From: Candidatus Cloacimonadales bacterium | GTDB lineage: Bacteria; Cloacimonadota; Cloacimonadia; Cloacimonadales; JAFGVF01 | Length of the DNA: 64,000 nt | Assembly: GCA_963662585.1 (NCBI GenBank) | Contig: OY759729.1 | Location: 1,632,001-1,696,000, forward strand | Direction: 5' to 3' | Shown: positions 1 to 9,924 of the stretch, in pieces | How the letters are laid out: each line of letters begins with the position of its first letter | How positions within the stretch are numbered: the first letter of the stretch is position 1 | Made by a program: the position numbers and the translations under genes | Notes under the pieces: generated by a model | Databases searched by the model: none | What the model was told of the DNA's origin: nothing | Seen by the model: only the letters and a program-made list of their open reading frames with translations

Positions 1-361
1 AATCAAAAGAACTATTATTCAAAAATGATGTTTCTAATATATCTACACCTTTTAAAGTTATTTTATTTTTAAATACTAATTCTAGTTGCTTTTCAGTAAC
101 ATCTTCAGGAATAATTTCAAAAATATCGTGCTGATAAAAAATAATCACATCTTTAGGAGAAATTGTTACCCCGATAAGATTAAGCTTCTCTCTCATCTTT
201 CCCAATTTCATAAGACTTTGGGCGTCGACGAAAATTAAGTCTGCTTGCTGGATATTATTACTATTCTCTTCAACTGTAAAGTTGAATTGAGCAGTAATTT
301 TTTCAACAATCAACTTAAAACCTTCCGACTTAATCATATTATTAACCAATAGGTTTCGCAT
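1..361 (-). CDS. 5' part of an unknown protein, running off the window edge
   Basis: ATG at 361 after GGGGA; open frame MRNLLVNNMIKSEGFKLIVEK...ADLIFVDAQS... to base 1; not in the ORF track. Confidence 0.65.
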   Translation of the reverse strand, partial: MRNLLVNNMIKSEGFKLIVEKITAQFNFTVEENSNNIQQADLIFVDAQSLMKLGKMREKLNLIGVTISPKDVIIFYQHDIFEIIPEDVTEKQLELVFKNKITLKGVDILETSFLNNSSFD

Positions 362-621
362 AATTTCCCCTGTAAAAGTTTAAGATAATATCACATTACA
401 AAGATAGCACCTGAATTATAAGTTGTAAAGGACTTTTTTTTCTAACAAGACTTTCAGCATCAAAATGACTGGATAGTAGAGAAATATTTTATTAAAGAAA
501 TTAATTATTATATTAACTTTTAAAGCCTTTATATTAACTTTTTTAATTTTAATATTAAATATATTAATAAATAGCTTGACACATTATTAATATTTTTAAT
601 AAATTGATTTGTGAGGTGAAT

Positions 622-981
622 ATGAAAAGAAATTTAACAAAATGTCCTGTGTGTGAAGGTGAATTAATTATTACTCGTTATGAATGTAATAATTGCCGAA
701 CAAAAATAGAAGGCAACTTTCAGCAAAATGGATTTAGTGATTTGAACGATGAGCAAATTGAGTTTATCAAAGTGTTTTTGGTATCTCACGGAAGCATTAA
801 AGAAGTGGAAAAAAGATTAGGAATATCTTATCCAACTGTAAAAAACAGGTTGTCGGAAATAGTAAAAGTGCTTACTGGCACTGATTTAGAAAAACCCAAG
901 AACTTAGATATTTTAGAGTTGATTGAGCAGGGAGATATCTCAGTTGAAGATGCTTTGAAAATTATTGAAAAGGAGAAGTAA
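622..981 (+). CDS. DUF2089 family Zn-ribbon/HTH protein
   Basis: CPVC...CNNC, then GSIKEVEKRLGISYPTVKNRL, then SHOCT-like ILELIEQGDISVEDAL; RBS GAGGTG. Confidence 0.85.
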   Translation: MKRNLTKCPVCEGELIITRYECNNCRTKIEGNFQQNGFSDLNDEQIEFIKVFLVSHGSIKEVEKRLGISYPTVKNRLSEIVKVLTGTDLEKPKNLDILELIEQGDISVEDALKIIEKEK

Positions 982-982
982 A

Positions 983-2305
983 ATGAATTTTATGAAGTTT
1001 GAATTTAATTACCAAGGAAATTTTAAAGAACTTGATGTAAGAACTGAAAAATTGACAGTTGTCATCGCTAAAGGCCAGCCTGAAACAATTATGCTTAAAG
1101 GTGAGATTGCTATGGAGCAGGAAGTAAATTATTCTTGGACTGACGAAAAGTTAGTTGAAGTGATAACTTCTGAGAATAGAATAGCTATCGATACTTGTGA
1201 CTTGGAAGATGATTTAGAAGATAGAGGTATTGATTTAGAAAATTCTAAACTTCTTATTCTTGTTCCTGATAATTTAAAAATCAGAGTTGAATCTGAAATG
1301 GGTAAAATCCTCTTTGAACATTTAGTAGCAAATATTAACATAGACAGCGAAATTGGCTCTTTAACCCTAGATGAAGTTTCTGGTAGTGCAGAGATTGATT
1401 CCGAAATTGGTTCTATAAAGGTAAAAAAGGGTGACTTCCAAAACTTTTTTTGCTCTACTGAGGTTGGGAATATAGAGATTTTAGGAATTAAAGCAGTAGC
1501 CTTAAAATGTGAAACTGAAGTAGGTCAAATCAATATAAAAGAAGCAGAAGTATCCAATGCTACCATTAGTAGTGAAACAGGTAACATCGAATATCAACTA
1601 CTTCCTAACAAGCAAAATCAAACTAAAATATCAGCAGAAATCGGTAAAGTAAAAATTATCATTCCTCATGAAATTAACTTAGATTTAAAAGCAACTTCAG
1701 AAATGGGTTCGGTAAATTCTTCTCTTAAGAATGTTGTCTCTTCCCCAATAGATGATGGTGTAATCTTAAAAAGTGAAACAATAAATAATGAAGCAGGAAG
1801 TGCAACTATCAAGGTTACCACTGAAATTGGATCCATAACTCTACTTAATGAAGATACTCTTCCTAATGAAGAGAAAAGACAGTTTAAAAATAACAAGTTG
1901 AATGAGGAGATTAATCGAGCCATGAATGAAATGAGCAAAGTAACAAAAGTGCTAGGTTCTCCAGCCTTGAGAAAGTCCATTGGTGGCGCTTTTGCTAACT
2001 TGGGAGAAGTTATTAAGTCTAGTGTTCAAACAGCCTTAAAAGAGGCCGATATTACGATTAAAGAATCAATGAAAGATATGAAGGCTGATTTGCAACAGCA
2101 AAGACAAGATTATAAATCAGAAAATGTCCGTAACAGACAAGAAGCTCAACAAGAAAGAGATTTTTCTAGCAGAAATAGTTCGTATAGACCTGAAGATAGG
2201 TTATCAGATAATGAGAAAAGTAGATTAAAAATTCTCGATCTTCTTGAGCAAGGAAAAATAAGTCATGAACAGGCTGAGAAACTCCTTAAAGCAATAAATA
2301 AATAA
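983..2305 (+). CDS. DUF4097-like beta-strand repeat protein with C-terminal SHOCT-like motif
   Basis: Repeated (S/T)E(I/M/V)G motifs; C-terminal RLKILDLLEQGKISHEQAEKLL; typical partner of DUF2089. Confidence 0.75.
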   Translation: MNFMKFEFNYQGNFKELDVRTEKLTVVIAKGQPETIMLKGEIAMEQEVNYSWTDEKLVEVITSENRIAIDTCDLEDDLEDRGIDLENSKLLILVPDNLKIRVESEMGKILFEHLVANINIDSEIGSLTLDEVSGSAEIDSEIGSIKVKKGDFQNFFCSTEVGNIEILGIKAVALKCETEVGQINIKEAEVSNATISSETGNIEYQLLPNKQNQTKISAEIGKVKIIIPHEINLDLKATSEMGSVNSSLKNVVSSPIDDGVILKSETINNEAGSATIKVTTEIGSITLLNEDTLPNEEKRQFKNNKLNEEINRAMNEMSKVTKVLGSPALRKSIGGAFANLGEVIKSSVQTALKEADITIKESMKDMKADLQQQRQDYKSENVRNRQEAQQERDFSSRNSSYRPEDRLSDNEKSRLKILDLLEQGKISHEQAEKLLKAINK

Positions 2306-2419
2306 ATAAATAAGATCTCTAAGCTATTATAATTGAACCCAAGTTTTGCAGTAGAACTTCAATGAAAATATTGTTCTATACCTGAAGTTTTTCTGCCTTA
2401 CATGGGTTCATTATCTTAT

Positions 2420-2510
2420 CATTCCTTCCTCTTCCCCTCCTTCTTAATACTCATCTTAATTAAAAATCGAATAATATTTTGGATGAGTGATAAGGAGCAT
2501 GGGAAGACAA
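2420..2510 (-). repeat. Dispersed intergenic repeat, family A, diverged copy
   Basis: Reverse complement GCTCCTTATCACTCATCCAAAATATT...GGGGAAGAGGAAGG resembles copies at 30280, 40261 and 57697. Confidence 0.55.
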
Positions 2511-2699
2511 AACAAAGAGGATAAAACATAATCCCGAATGGTGCAGTAGAGCTTTACAGAAGAGTGCAGATTCTTTTAGATAAAGGTTTTACAGAATTTA
2601 TCAGCCTATAATATATATACTCTGAGAAATTATGTAAAATGCTTTAGCAAATGAATATAGTGCTATTCTAAAAGATTTACTGCATTATTTGGGATAATG

Positions 2700-2727
2700 A
2701 AAAGAAGGGAAGTAAATCCCTTCTTTT
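2700..2727. terminator. Rho-independent terminator, bidirectional shape
   Basis: AAAAGAAGGGA-agtaaa-TCCCTTCTTTT between convergent genes. Confidence 0.8.
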
Positions 2728-2759
2728 GTGGAAAAAAATCAACACTTTTCGCTTACAAT

Positions 2760-3455
2760 CTATTTAGGTAATTCAATAATCATAAAATGACTATCCCCTT
2801 TTGCTGTAACCTTAACATCTTCATCAAATATCTCTGCGCCATCACCTTCATATAGATTTACAGTATTTAAGACAGAAGATCCTTCAATCTGTACAAAATA
2901 GACTTGTCTGTTAAGCTTTATTCTAAAATCAAGGGACTGCTTAGCTTCTAATGAGCTGACGAAGATATTAGCGTCTTGATTAATTTTTACAGGGGCTTCT
3001 CCTTCTAAAGATGACACTATAGGCATCAACTTATTGATTCTATCTTCCCATTGATAATCCATATCTCCATAATTGGCTTCTAAATCTTTTTGGTTAGGAA
3101 AAATCCAGATTTGAAGTAAACGAGTAGTCTTATTCCCATAATTATATTCACTATGTTGAACTCCAGTACCAGCACTCATGTATTGAACTTGTCCGCGTTT
3201 TACTACTCTCTTATTTCCCATACTATCTTGATGAGTTAATTCCCCTGCTACCACATAAGAGATAATTTCCATATCTTTATGTGGATGCATCTCAAAACCA
3301 CTATTAGGTAAAATTAAATCATCATTTATTACTCTCAAATTCCCAAAGTGAATTCTTTTTGGATCATAATATTGAGCAAAAGAGAAATGAAATCTACTCT
3401 TTAACCAGCCTAAATCAGACTTACCTAACTTATCAACTCTATATATTTTAATCAT
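2760..3455 (-). CDS. Pirin family protein (YhhW-like)
   Basis: GWLKSRFHFSFA, GFEMHPHKDMEIISYV, MSAGTGVQHSE. Confidence 0.93.
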   Translation of the reverse strand: MIKIYRVDKLGKSDLGWLKSRFHFSFAQYYDPKRIHFGNLRVINDDLILPNSGFEMHPHKDMEIISYVVAGELTHQDSMGNKRVVKRGQVQYMSAGTGVQHSEYNYGNKTTRLLQIWIFPNQKDLEANYGDMDYQWEDRINKLMPIVSSLEGEAPVKINQDANIFVSSLEAKQSLDFRIKLNRQVYFVQIEGSSVLNTVNLYEGDGAEIFDEDVKVTAKGDSHFMIIELPK

Positions 3456-3759
3456 TATTTATCTCCTTTCGGTTTGTTAAAATATAGCTTGATTTGGATA
3501 AATAGCAAATTGGACTCCTGGTGTTTCTAGGGCAGAGTGGATTCTTTACGGGTTTGTGGGCAAGACTATGTAAAAAATCCTCTTTCAGCTCAAAAAGCTA
3601 TATGAAAAGGGGGAAGCATTAGCAGAAGAATCTCCACTCTTCACTGAAGCTCTACCCCACTATCTGGTATTATATAAAAAAAGGATAAAACTAATTTGAA
3701 GTTTATACATTTTTCTCTTAGTCTACCAGTAATTAAATATAAATAATAGCTATCAATTA

Positions 3760-3778
3760 AGGAATACAATTTGCATAA
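3760..3778 (+). promoter_or_regulatory. Candidate sigma-54 promoter
   Basis: AGGAATACAATTTGCATAA; GG-N10-GC about 40 bp upstream of the ATG. Confidence 0.45.
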
Positions 3779-3816
3779 TTAAATATAAACTAAGATATAG
3801 ATTATTGGAGGATGAA

Positions 3817-6639
3817 ATGAAAAAGTTTGTTGCAATGTTCTGTTTGAGTATATTAAGTCTAATTAATGTTTTAGTTGCCCAGACAAACTGGGATAATTCT
3901 GCCTGTTTATATCAATCTAATAAAACAAATTTACTTTTGAGAGAGGAAATATCGACAGGAACAATAATATTCTTCGAAGTAAATAATCAACTATTCTTAG
4001 AAAAATTCACTAGCACTGGGAGTCCAATCTTGGATGAAGCTTTTAATGTAGGTATTGGCAACAGTGAACAAGGACCTTTCAATATTACAAAAAGTGATGA
4101 CAACAACTTTCTCATTTACTGGAGAGAAGACAATTCCCTCAAAGTAAGTAAAATCACAGAAGCAGGGACAGAAGTGTGGAACTCTACATTAGATATATCC
4201 CTAATTAATTATGCGGACCAAAGTATTTATGAGTCTCAAATAGTAGTAGAGGAAGGGTTAGCCCATTTATTGATAAATTTTAGTAATGACGACTACGAAA
4301 ATAGTCTTGTTCATTATCAAATTGAGACAAGTAGTAGTAGTCCTCAATTAGAGAATGAAGCTCTAATCTATGAAGCTTATAATCTTGTATCTTTTACAGG
4401 AGAAGTTACAAGTGATGGTTTAAACTTAATGTGGCTTCAGCCTAGTGCAGGGATTCTTAATGTTATGAGAGGTGAAATAATATATCAGATAGATGATATC
4501 AATGGCTGGGATGATACTCCATGGGGAGAATTCTCTCTTTATAAAAAAGGAAAAATAGTTGAGATAAACGCAGAAAAAACTATTTATGCCTTACTCAGTA
4601 AAAACTTTTATGCTAGCCAAAGGAACAACCGAGGTCTCTTTATCTATAATGAAATTGATTCAACCTTCACAAATATTGAATTAGATAGTGCTATAATTGA
4701 TATTCAGAAGATTTCAGAAACTGAATTTCTTACTGTAAATATGACAGATACTTCTAACTTTTTTAACAGATACGATCTGGTAGGAGAACTAATCTCTACT
4801 ACAGAAATAAATCACAGTTTTGGAGCTATTTTTGATGGGTGGGATTTTATTATAGATGAAATCAGGAGTATTGATTCCAAATTGGAAGATGACCAATATA
4901 AGCTTGCTATTGCTACTCTAAATTACAGCTCTTATGAGCATAAGTATCGCCCAAGCTTAATTGTGTTTGATTATAATTTAGAGAATGCTAGTTGCCTCTC
5001 GATAGCAAATATTATACCACAATCTGATTATCTTGATAATTCAGCTGTATTTGTCCATTTAGGAGAGTCGGAAGTATCACTTTTGAATAAGTTGAATTTT
5101 GGTACATATTCTGCTTACAAACAGTATTATAGTCCTTATATAAATACTTCACAGGTAACAGTTAATCCTTATGAAATATGCAAAACCTATCCTCACAAAG
5201 TAAGTAAATTAAATTCATTTTCCTGGAACGGCAGTAACCAGGTGTTGATGAAATATACCGGAATTATATATGAAGTTGCCGTTAGTGAAAACGCAGAAAT
5301 TGAGACAGCAATGCTAACTGAAGAGTTTACATATCCAATAATCTCCCAATATCGTCTTCATAAAGTTTTTGATAACAAATATTTGTTTCATTATTCTTGG
5401 GAAGATTATCATTCACATGAATACCAACGATTAAAAGTTTATAATACTGATGGTTCTAGCAGTTTTACTAACTTGGTTAGTAGCGATTATCACCTCAATT
5501 CTATTAGTAGTCTTAATGATGGAGATGGTTGGTTTGCTTATAGTATTGATAATTTTATGTTTCATAGAATTGAAGACACTATATTTCAGACAGATTTTTC
5601 TGAGCCGATAGAAGACCGTGAGCTGTTAGCAATAGAAGGTAATTATCTAATTCTACGGGCTAGTAATCAGTTTAGATTAACCGAAATTGATAATAATGGA
5701 GAAATTGTTGAGGGTGGACTAGCGGGTGGTTTTGTCTTCACCTCAGAATATGATTTTTCTTCAGATAATGTTTCCTTAAATTCCTATGAAGATAAGCTGA
5801 TATTCTCCTATCATACAGATGGACTTTATAAAATATTTGTTATTAATCCTCAAGACCTTTCAGCAACTGTCTCTTACTCTTTAGAATCTTGTGAGCTTCC
5901 TACTTATGATCATAAAGATAATAACAGGAAAACAGAATTTGTTATGGGTAATAAATTCTACTTTATTGATAATCTTAATGGTAATTTGAATATGACCTGT
6001 TTTGATTTAGCTAATGACTTTGCCCAAGTATGTCAGACAAACATTGCTGAGAATGTTATGAGTGACTTCGTTATTGAAAAGTTAAATAATAGATTTGTTG
6101 TTGCTTATACTCAAGGTACTGAAGGAAGCGAAAGAGTTTATCTCAGAACCATTAGTTTTTTGGGTAATAGTGATCAGTATGAAGAGGGCTATGCTTTACC
6201 TTTAAACTTAGAGAGTCAGTACGGTCCTACTATAAGTGTGCTTGATGATAACACAATCTTCGTTAACAGAATTGAGAATAATTCAGCTGATAATCCTGGT
6301 GTTTATTGTGATTTAATAGACCTTAGTTACTTTGTTCCTAATAGCTCTGAAGATGTGTCCCCTCTTACTTTCTCAGCTTCAAATTATCCAAATCCTTTTA
6401 ACCCAGAGACTACTATTTCTTATAATCTTACTAAAGCTGGAGTTACTAAAGTTGAGGTCTTTAATTTGAAAGGTCAATTAGTAAAGACTTTAGTTAATGA
6501 AGTACAAGCTCAAGGTAATCAAAAGGTTATTTGGAGAGGTAATAATAATCAAGATAAACAGGTAAGCTCAGGAATTTATCTATATAAAATTAAAAATACA
6601 GGTGGTGTTATAAGTGGGAAGATGGTGTTGATGAAATAG
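3817..6639 (+). CDS. Large secreted protein with FlgD-Ig/T9SS type A C-terminal domain
   Basis: Signal peptide MKKFVAMFCL...; C-terminal NYPNPFNPETTISY...FNLKGQLVKTL...SSGIYLYK...KMVLMK. Confidence 0.85.
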   Translation: MKKFVAMFCLSILSLINVLVAQTNWDNSACLYQSNKTNLLLREEISTGTIIFFEVNNQLFLEKFTSTGSPILDEAFNVGIGNSEQGPFNITKSDDNNFLIYWREDNSLKVSKITEAGTEVWNSTLDISLINYADQSIYESQIVVEEGLAHLLINFSNDDYENSLVHYQIETSSSSPQLENEALIYEAYNLVSFTGEVTSDGLNLMWLQPSAGILNVMRGEIIYQIDDINGWDDTPWGEFSLYKKGKIVEINAEKTIYALLSKNFYASQRNNRGLFIYNEIDSTFTNIELDSAIIDIQKISETEFLTVNMTDTSNFFNRYDLVGELISTTEINHSFGAIFDGWDFIIDEIRSIDSKLEDDQYKLAIATLNYSSYEHKYRPSLIVFDYNLENASCLSIANIIPQSDYLDNSAVFVHLGESEVSLLNKLNFGTYSAYKQYYSPYINTSQVTVNPYEICKTYPHKVSKLNSFSWNGSNQVLMKYTGIIYEVAVSENAEIETAMLTEEFTYPIISQYRLHKVFDNKYLFHYSWEDYHSHEYQRLKVYNTDGSSSFTNLVSSDYHLNSISSLNDGDGWFAYSIDNFMFHRIEDTIFQTDFSEPIEDRELLAIEGNYLILRASNQFRLTEIDNNGEIVEGGLAGGFVFTSEYDFSSDNVSLNSYEDKLIFSYHTDGLYKIFVINPQDLSATVSYSLESCELPTYDHKDNNRKTEFVMGNKFYFIDNLNGNLNMTCFDLANDFAQVCQTNIAENVMSDFVIEKLNNRFVVAYTQGTEGSERVYLRTISFLGNSDQYEEGYALPLNLESQYGPTISVLDDNTIFVNRIENNSADNPGVYCDLIDLSYFVPNSSEDVSPLTFSASNYPNPFNPETTISYNLTKAGVTKVEVFNLKGQLVKTLVNEVQAQGNQKVIWRGNNNQDKQVSSGIYLYKIKNTGGVISGKMVLMK

Positions 6640-6934
6640 GGTTTTGCTTCGCAAAAGTGAAAAGTTGAAGAATAGTACTTTCGCAAGACTTAAGAAACTC
6701 TTGTTATAAAAGTTTATATTTCTCACACTAACTGGCATTGCTTGTACACTGACCCCTATTAATTTAAGTCAATAATTCTTCTCTATATTATTAATGCTAT
6801 CTATGCTAATGTTTCTAGATTCTTATCTGTAATAATCAGTGTATTCAGTGTTCAATTCTTTTTTCCCTTGACTACAAGGCTTTCTTTCAGATTAGATACT
6901 TTTAATTAAGTACAAAATGGAGAATTATCAATAG

Positions 6935-8368
6935 ATGCTCTTTAATTCATTTATATTTTTAATATTTTTAGGGGTAGTTTTACCTATATTTTATCTTTTA
7001 CCTAACAAGCGAAGTAAGAATCTATTTCTTCTTCTCAGTAGTTATTTTTTCTATGGTTACTGGGATTGGAAATTTTGCTCATTATTAGCAATTTCTACAA
7101 TTGTTGATTACTATTTAGGGAAAAAACTCTTTAACGAGCAGAGAGAAAAGCAAAGAAAAATCTATTTAACAATGAGTATGATTGTTAATTTAGGTTTATT
7201 GGGAGTATTTAAATACTTTAATTTCTTTGTTGATAGCTTTTCTAACTTAACAAGTAATTTTGGCTATGATTTAGATTTTTTACATCTAAATATTATTTTA
7301 CCTGTTGGAATTTCCTTCTACACTTTTCAAACTATGTCATACACTATTGATATCTATAAGAAGCAATTAGAACCTACTAATTCATTTATTGATTTTGCTC
7401 TATTTGTATCATTTTTCCCACAATTAGTAGCTGGTCCAATTGAAAGAGCAAGTAATCTATTACCTCAGCTCCATCATAAACTAGCACCTAATAAAGAGCA
7501 AATCCAAAAAGGAATAGTTTTAATTATCACGGGATTGTTTAAGAAGGTTATGGTAGGTGATACAACTGGAAGATATGTTGATCAACTATTTGGGAATCCT
7601 GAACTCTACAAATCACCAGAATTATTAGCAGGTTTAGTACTATTTTCAATCCAAATCTATGCAGATTTCTCAGGTTACAGCAATATTGCTCGCGGTACAG
7701 CCAAATTATTAGGTGTAGAATTGATGAAAAACTTTGAACAACCCTATCTTTCAACAAATATTACAGAATTTTGGCGAAGATGGCATATCTCACTATCTAG
7801 CTGGCTAAAAGATTATCTCTATATTTCCTTAGGGGGTAACAGAAAAGGTAAAGTTAGGACCTATATCAATCTTTTCACGACTATGCTACTTGGTGGTCTA
7901 TGGCATGGGGCAGCTTGGACTTTCGTTATCTGGGGCGGACTTCATGGAATTTACTTGGCAATTCACAAAGCGATTCTGGGAAATAGAAAAATTAATATTT
8001 CTTATAGATATACAGGAATTATTAGTCTATTGAATTTCTCAGTTAAATGCATATTCACTAATATTTTAGTTCTATTTACTTGGCTTTTCTTTAGAGTTAA
8101 GAGTTTAGCTGAAGCAAAATATTTCCTAAGTAAGATGATTCATTGGGAATCTAGTGAATTAACAGGTATATTTATCAGAATCACCTTAACATTTGTGTTA
8201 GTAAACTTCTTGATCGATTTCTTTGAATACAAAACTAATAAACACACTCCAATTCTGCTAATTCCAAATTACGGCTTTCAGTATGGAATATTATTAGTTC
8301 TATTAGGAACAACCTTGCTTTATATGTTCCAATCAACTCCACTACCATTTGTTTACTTTCAATTTTAA
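6935..8368 (+). CDS. MBOAT O-acyltransferase (AlgI/PatA/DltB-like)
   Basis: LPVGISFYTFQ, FFPQLVAGPIERA, YADFSGYS, EFWRRWHISLS, GLWHGA. Confidence 0.95.
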   Translation: MLFNSFIFLIFLGVVLPIFYLLPNKRSKNLFLLLSSYFFYGYWDWKFCSLLAISTIVDYYLGKKLFNEQREKQRKIYLTMSMIVNLGLLGVFKYFNFFVDSFSNLTSNFGYDLDFLHLNIILPVGISFYTFQTMSYTIDIYKKQLEPTNSFIDFALFVSFFPQLVAGPIERASNLLPQLHHKLAPNKEQIQKGIVLIITGLFKKVMVGDTTGRYVDQLFGNPELYKSPELLAGLVLFSIQIYADFSGYSNIARGTAKLLGVELMKNFEQPYLSTNITEFWRRWHISLSSWLKDYLYISLGGNRKGKVRTYINLFTTMLLGGLWHGAAWTFVIWGGLHGIYLAIHKAILGNRKINISYRYTGIISLLNFSVKCIFTNILVLFTWLFFRVKSLAEAKYFLSKMIHWESSELTGIFIRITLTFVLVNFLIDFFEYKTNKHTPILLIPNYGFQYGILLVLLGTTLLYMFQSTPLPFVYFQF

Positions 8369-8377
8369 GAGGTTATT

Positions 8378-9439
8378 ATGAAAAATATTTTAGGCTTCAT
8401 TTTAGGTATTATCGTTTGTCTAATTATTGTAGAAGCTTTCGTAAGCAATAGCTTCGTAATGGAAAAATTTATTTATGTTTTTGATCAAGAAGTCGGAAGA
8501 ATATTTAGACCCAATAGCGAATATGTTAAATTCTGTGAAGGTTTTGGAATAGGTAGTGTAAATAAATACAGTTTTTTGAATAAAGAATATCCAATTGAAA
8601 AACCTGAAAACTCAATCAGAATCGCCTTATTAGGTGATTCTTTCGTCGAAAGCTTTCAAGTTTTCGATAGACACTACTTTGGTAGAGTTATGGAAAATAT
8701 TTTAAGAGAAAAATTAAAGCAACCTGTTGAGGTATTAAACTTTGGTAGAAGTGGTTTTGATCTTGGTGATTGTTATGTTCATTATAATACCTTTGTAAAA
8801 AAATTCAACCCTGATTATATTATTTATATATTTGGAGATGATGATTTTTCAACCAGAAACTCAGAGCCTTTTTTACCAATCGTAAAAATAGAAGATGATT
8901 CATTAAGTATTGAAAAACCACAATTCAGTTCCAAATACATAAAGAAAGTAAAAATAAAAGAACTAATTTTTAGTAATTGTGCTCTTATAAATAACTCACA
9001 AAAAAGTAAAAAACTTCTAAAAAAAGACTATATTTTTTCTCAACTTTTTGATAAACTCTATCCAAAAACAACTGAGACTGTCGAAAATACAGAAACTAAC
9101 ATCACTCCCAAAATTAATATAACCCCTAAGTTGGAGCTAATATTAAGTAACTTAGCTCAAAATAATGGCTACTTCTTTCTTAGAAGTAATATAGAATTGA
9201 GTAATAGTAAATTTACTTTTCACAATATTAATCAAATATTTGAAAATAAAGATTATAATCCTCATGAATGGAAAATAACCAAGACTTCAGGACATTGGAA
9301 TAATAGAGCTCATAAAGAGATAGGTGGATATTTGGCTAAAGAAATGGAAAGTATTATTCAAAAAAGAAAAATAGAAGCAATCCATCAGGAAGAATTATCA
9401 CAAGAGTTAGCTCGAATTAAGACAAATTTCACAAATTAA
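8378..9439 (+). CDS. SGNH/GDSL family protein, periplasmic partner of the MBOAT
   Basis: N-terminal TM helix; RIALLGDSF, NFGRSG, GHWNNRAH. Confidence 0.8.
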   Translation: MKNILGFILGIIVCLIIVEAFVSNSFVMEKFIYVFDQEVGRIFRPNSEYVKFCEGFGIGSVNKYSFLNKEYPIEKPENSIRIALLGDSFVESFQVFDRHYFGRVMENILREKLKQPVEVLNFGRSGFDLGDCYVHYNTFVKKFNPDYIIYIFGDDDFSTRNSEPFLPIVKIEDDSLSIEKPQFSSKYIKKVKIKELIFSNCALINNSQKSKKLLKKDYIFSQLFDKLYPKTTETVENTETNITPKINITPKLELILSNLAQNNGYFFLRSNIELSNSKFTFHNINQIFENKDYNPHEWKITKTSGHWNNRAHKEIGGYLAKEMESIIQKRKIEAIHQEELSQELARIKTNFTN

Positions 9440-9458
9440 GAAAACCTTAACACAAGAG

Positions 9459-9813
9459 TCTTATATCACCAGCGGGGATTAATAGGTTAGCCCAGGGTAA
9501 AATCCTGACTTGTAAGGGCGAAGCTTAAGCGAAGATTCAAGGGATTACAACCCTGGTTTGTGATGTATATTAAAAGTGTAATCCTGTAAGGGTTTAATAA
9601 AAGCATGTATACCAGAGATTTATTATATAAATTTGATTAAACCCTTACAGGGTTATGTCCATAATTTTGGATATTGTACCTGGGGTGACGATCCCTATAG
9701 GATCTTACCCCAGGCTAATCTATTAATCCCTTTCAGGGATATTTTAATCATTACAATATTAACTAAACTGTTTCGTTATACATTCATCTTTCCACCAGAC
9801 TTGAATTTGAGCC
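9459..9813 (-). mobile_element. Partial copy of the REP-carrying MITE (one terminal repeat only)
   Basis: Reverse-complement homologue of 37086-37420; ends TTCCACCAGACTTGAATTTGAGCC; contains CCCTTTCAGGG and CCTGTAAGGG hairpins. Confidence 0.75.
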
Positions 9814-9924
9814 TAAAAGAAAGGCGGACAGAATGTCCACCGACCGACAGAAGAGGTATTTTTAAGCAAAAACAAAGGCTAACCTAAGGGTCAGCCTCAT
9901 TATTATCTTAGCAATTAAGTAAGC

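Noticed and set aside
9633..9887. 84 aa ORF
   Set aside because: Lies within the REP/MITE repeat
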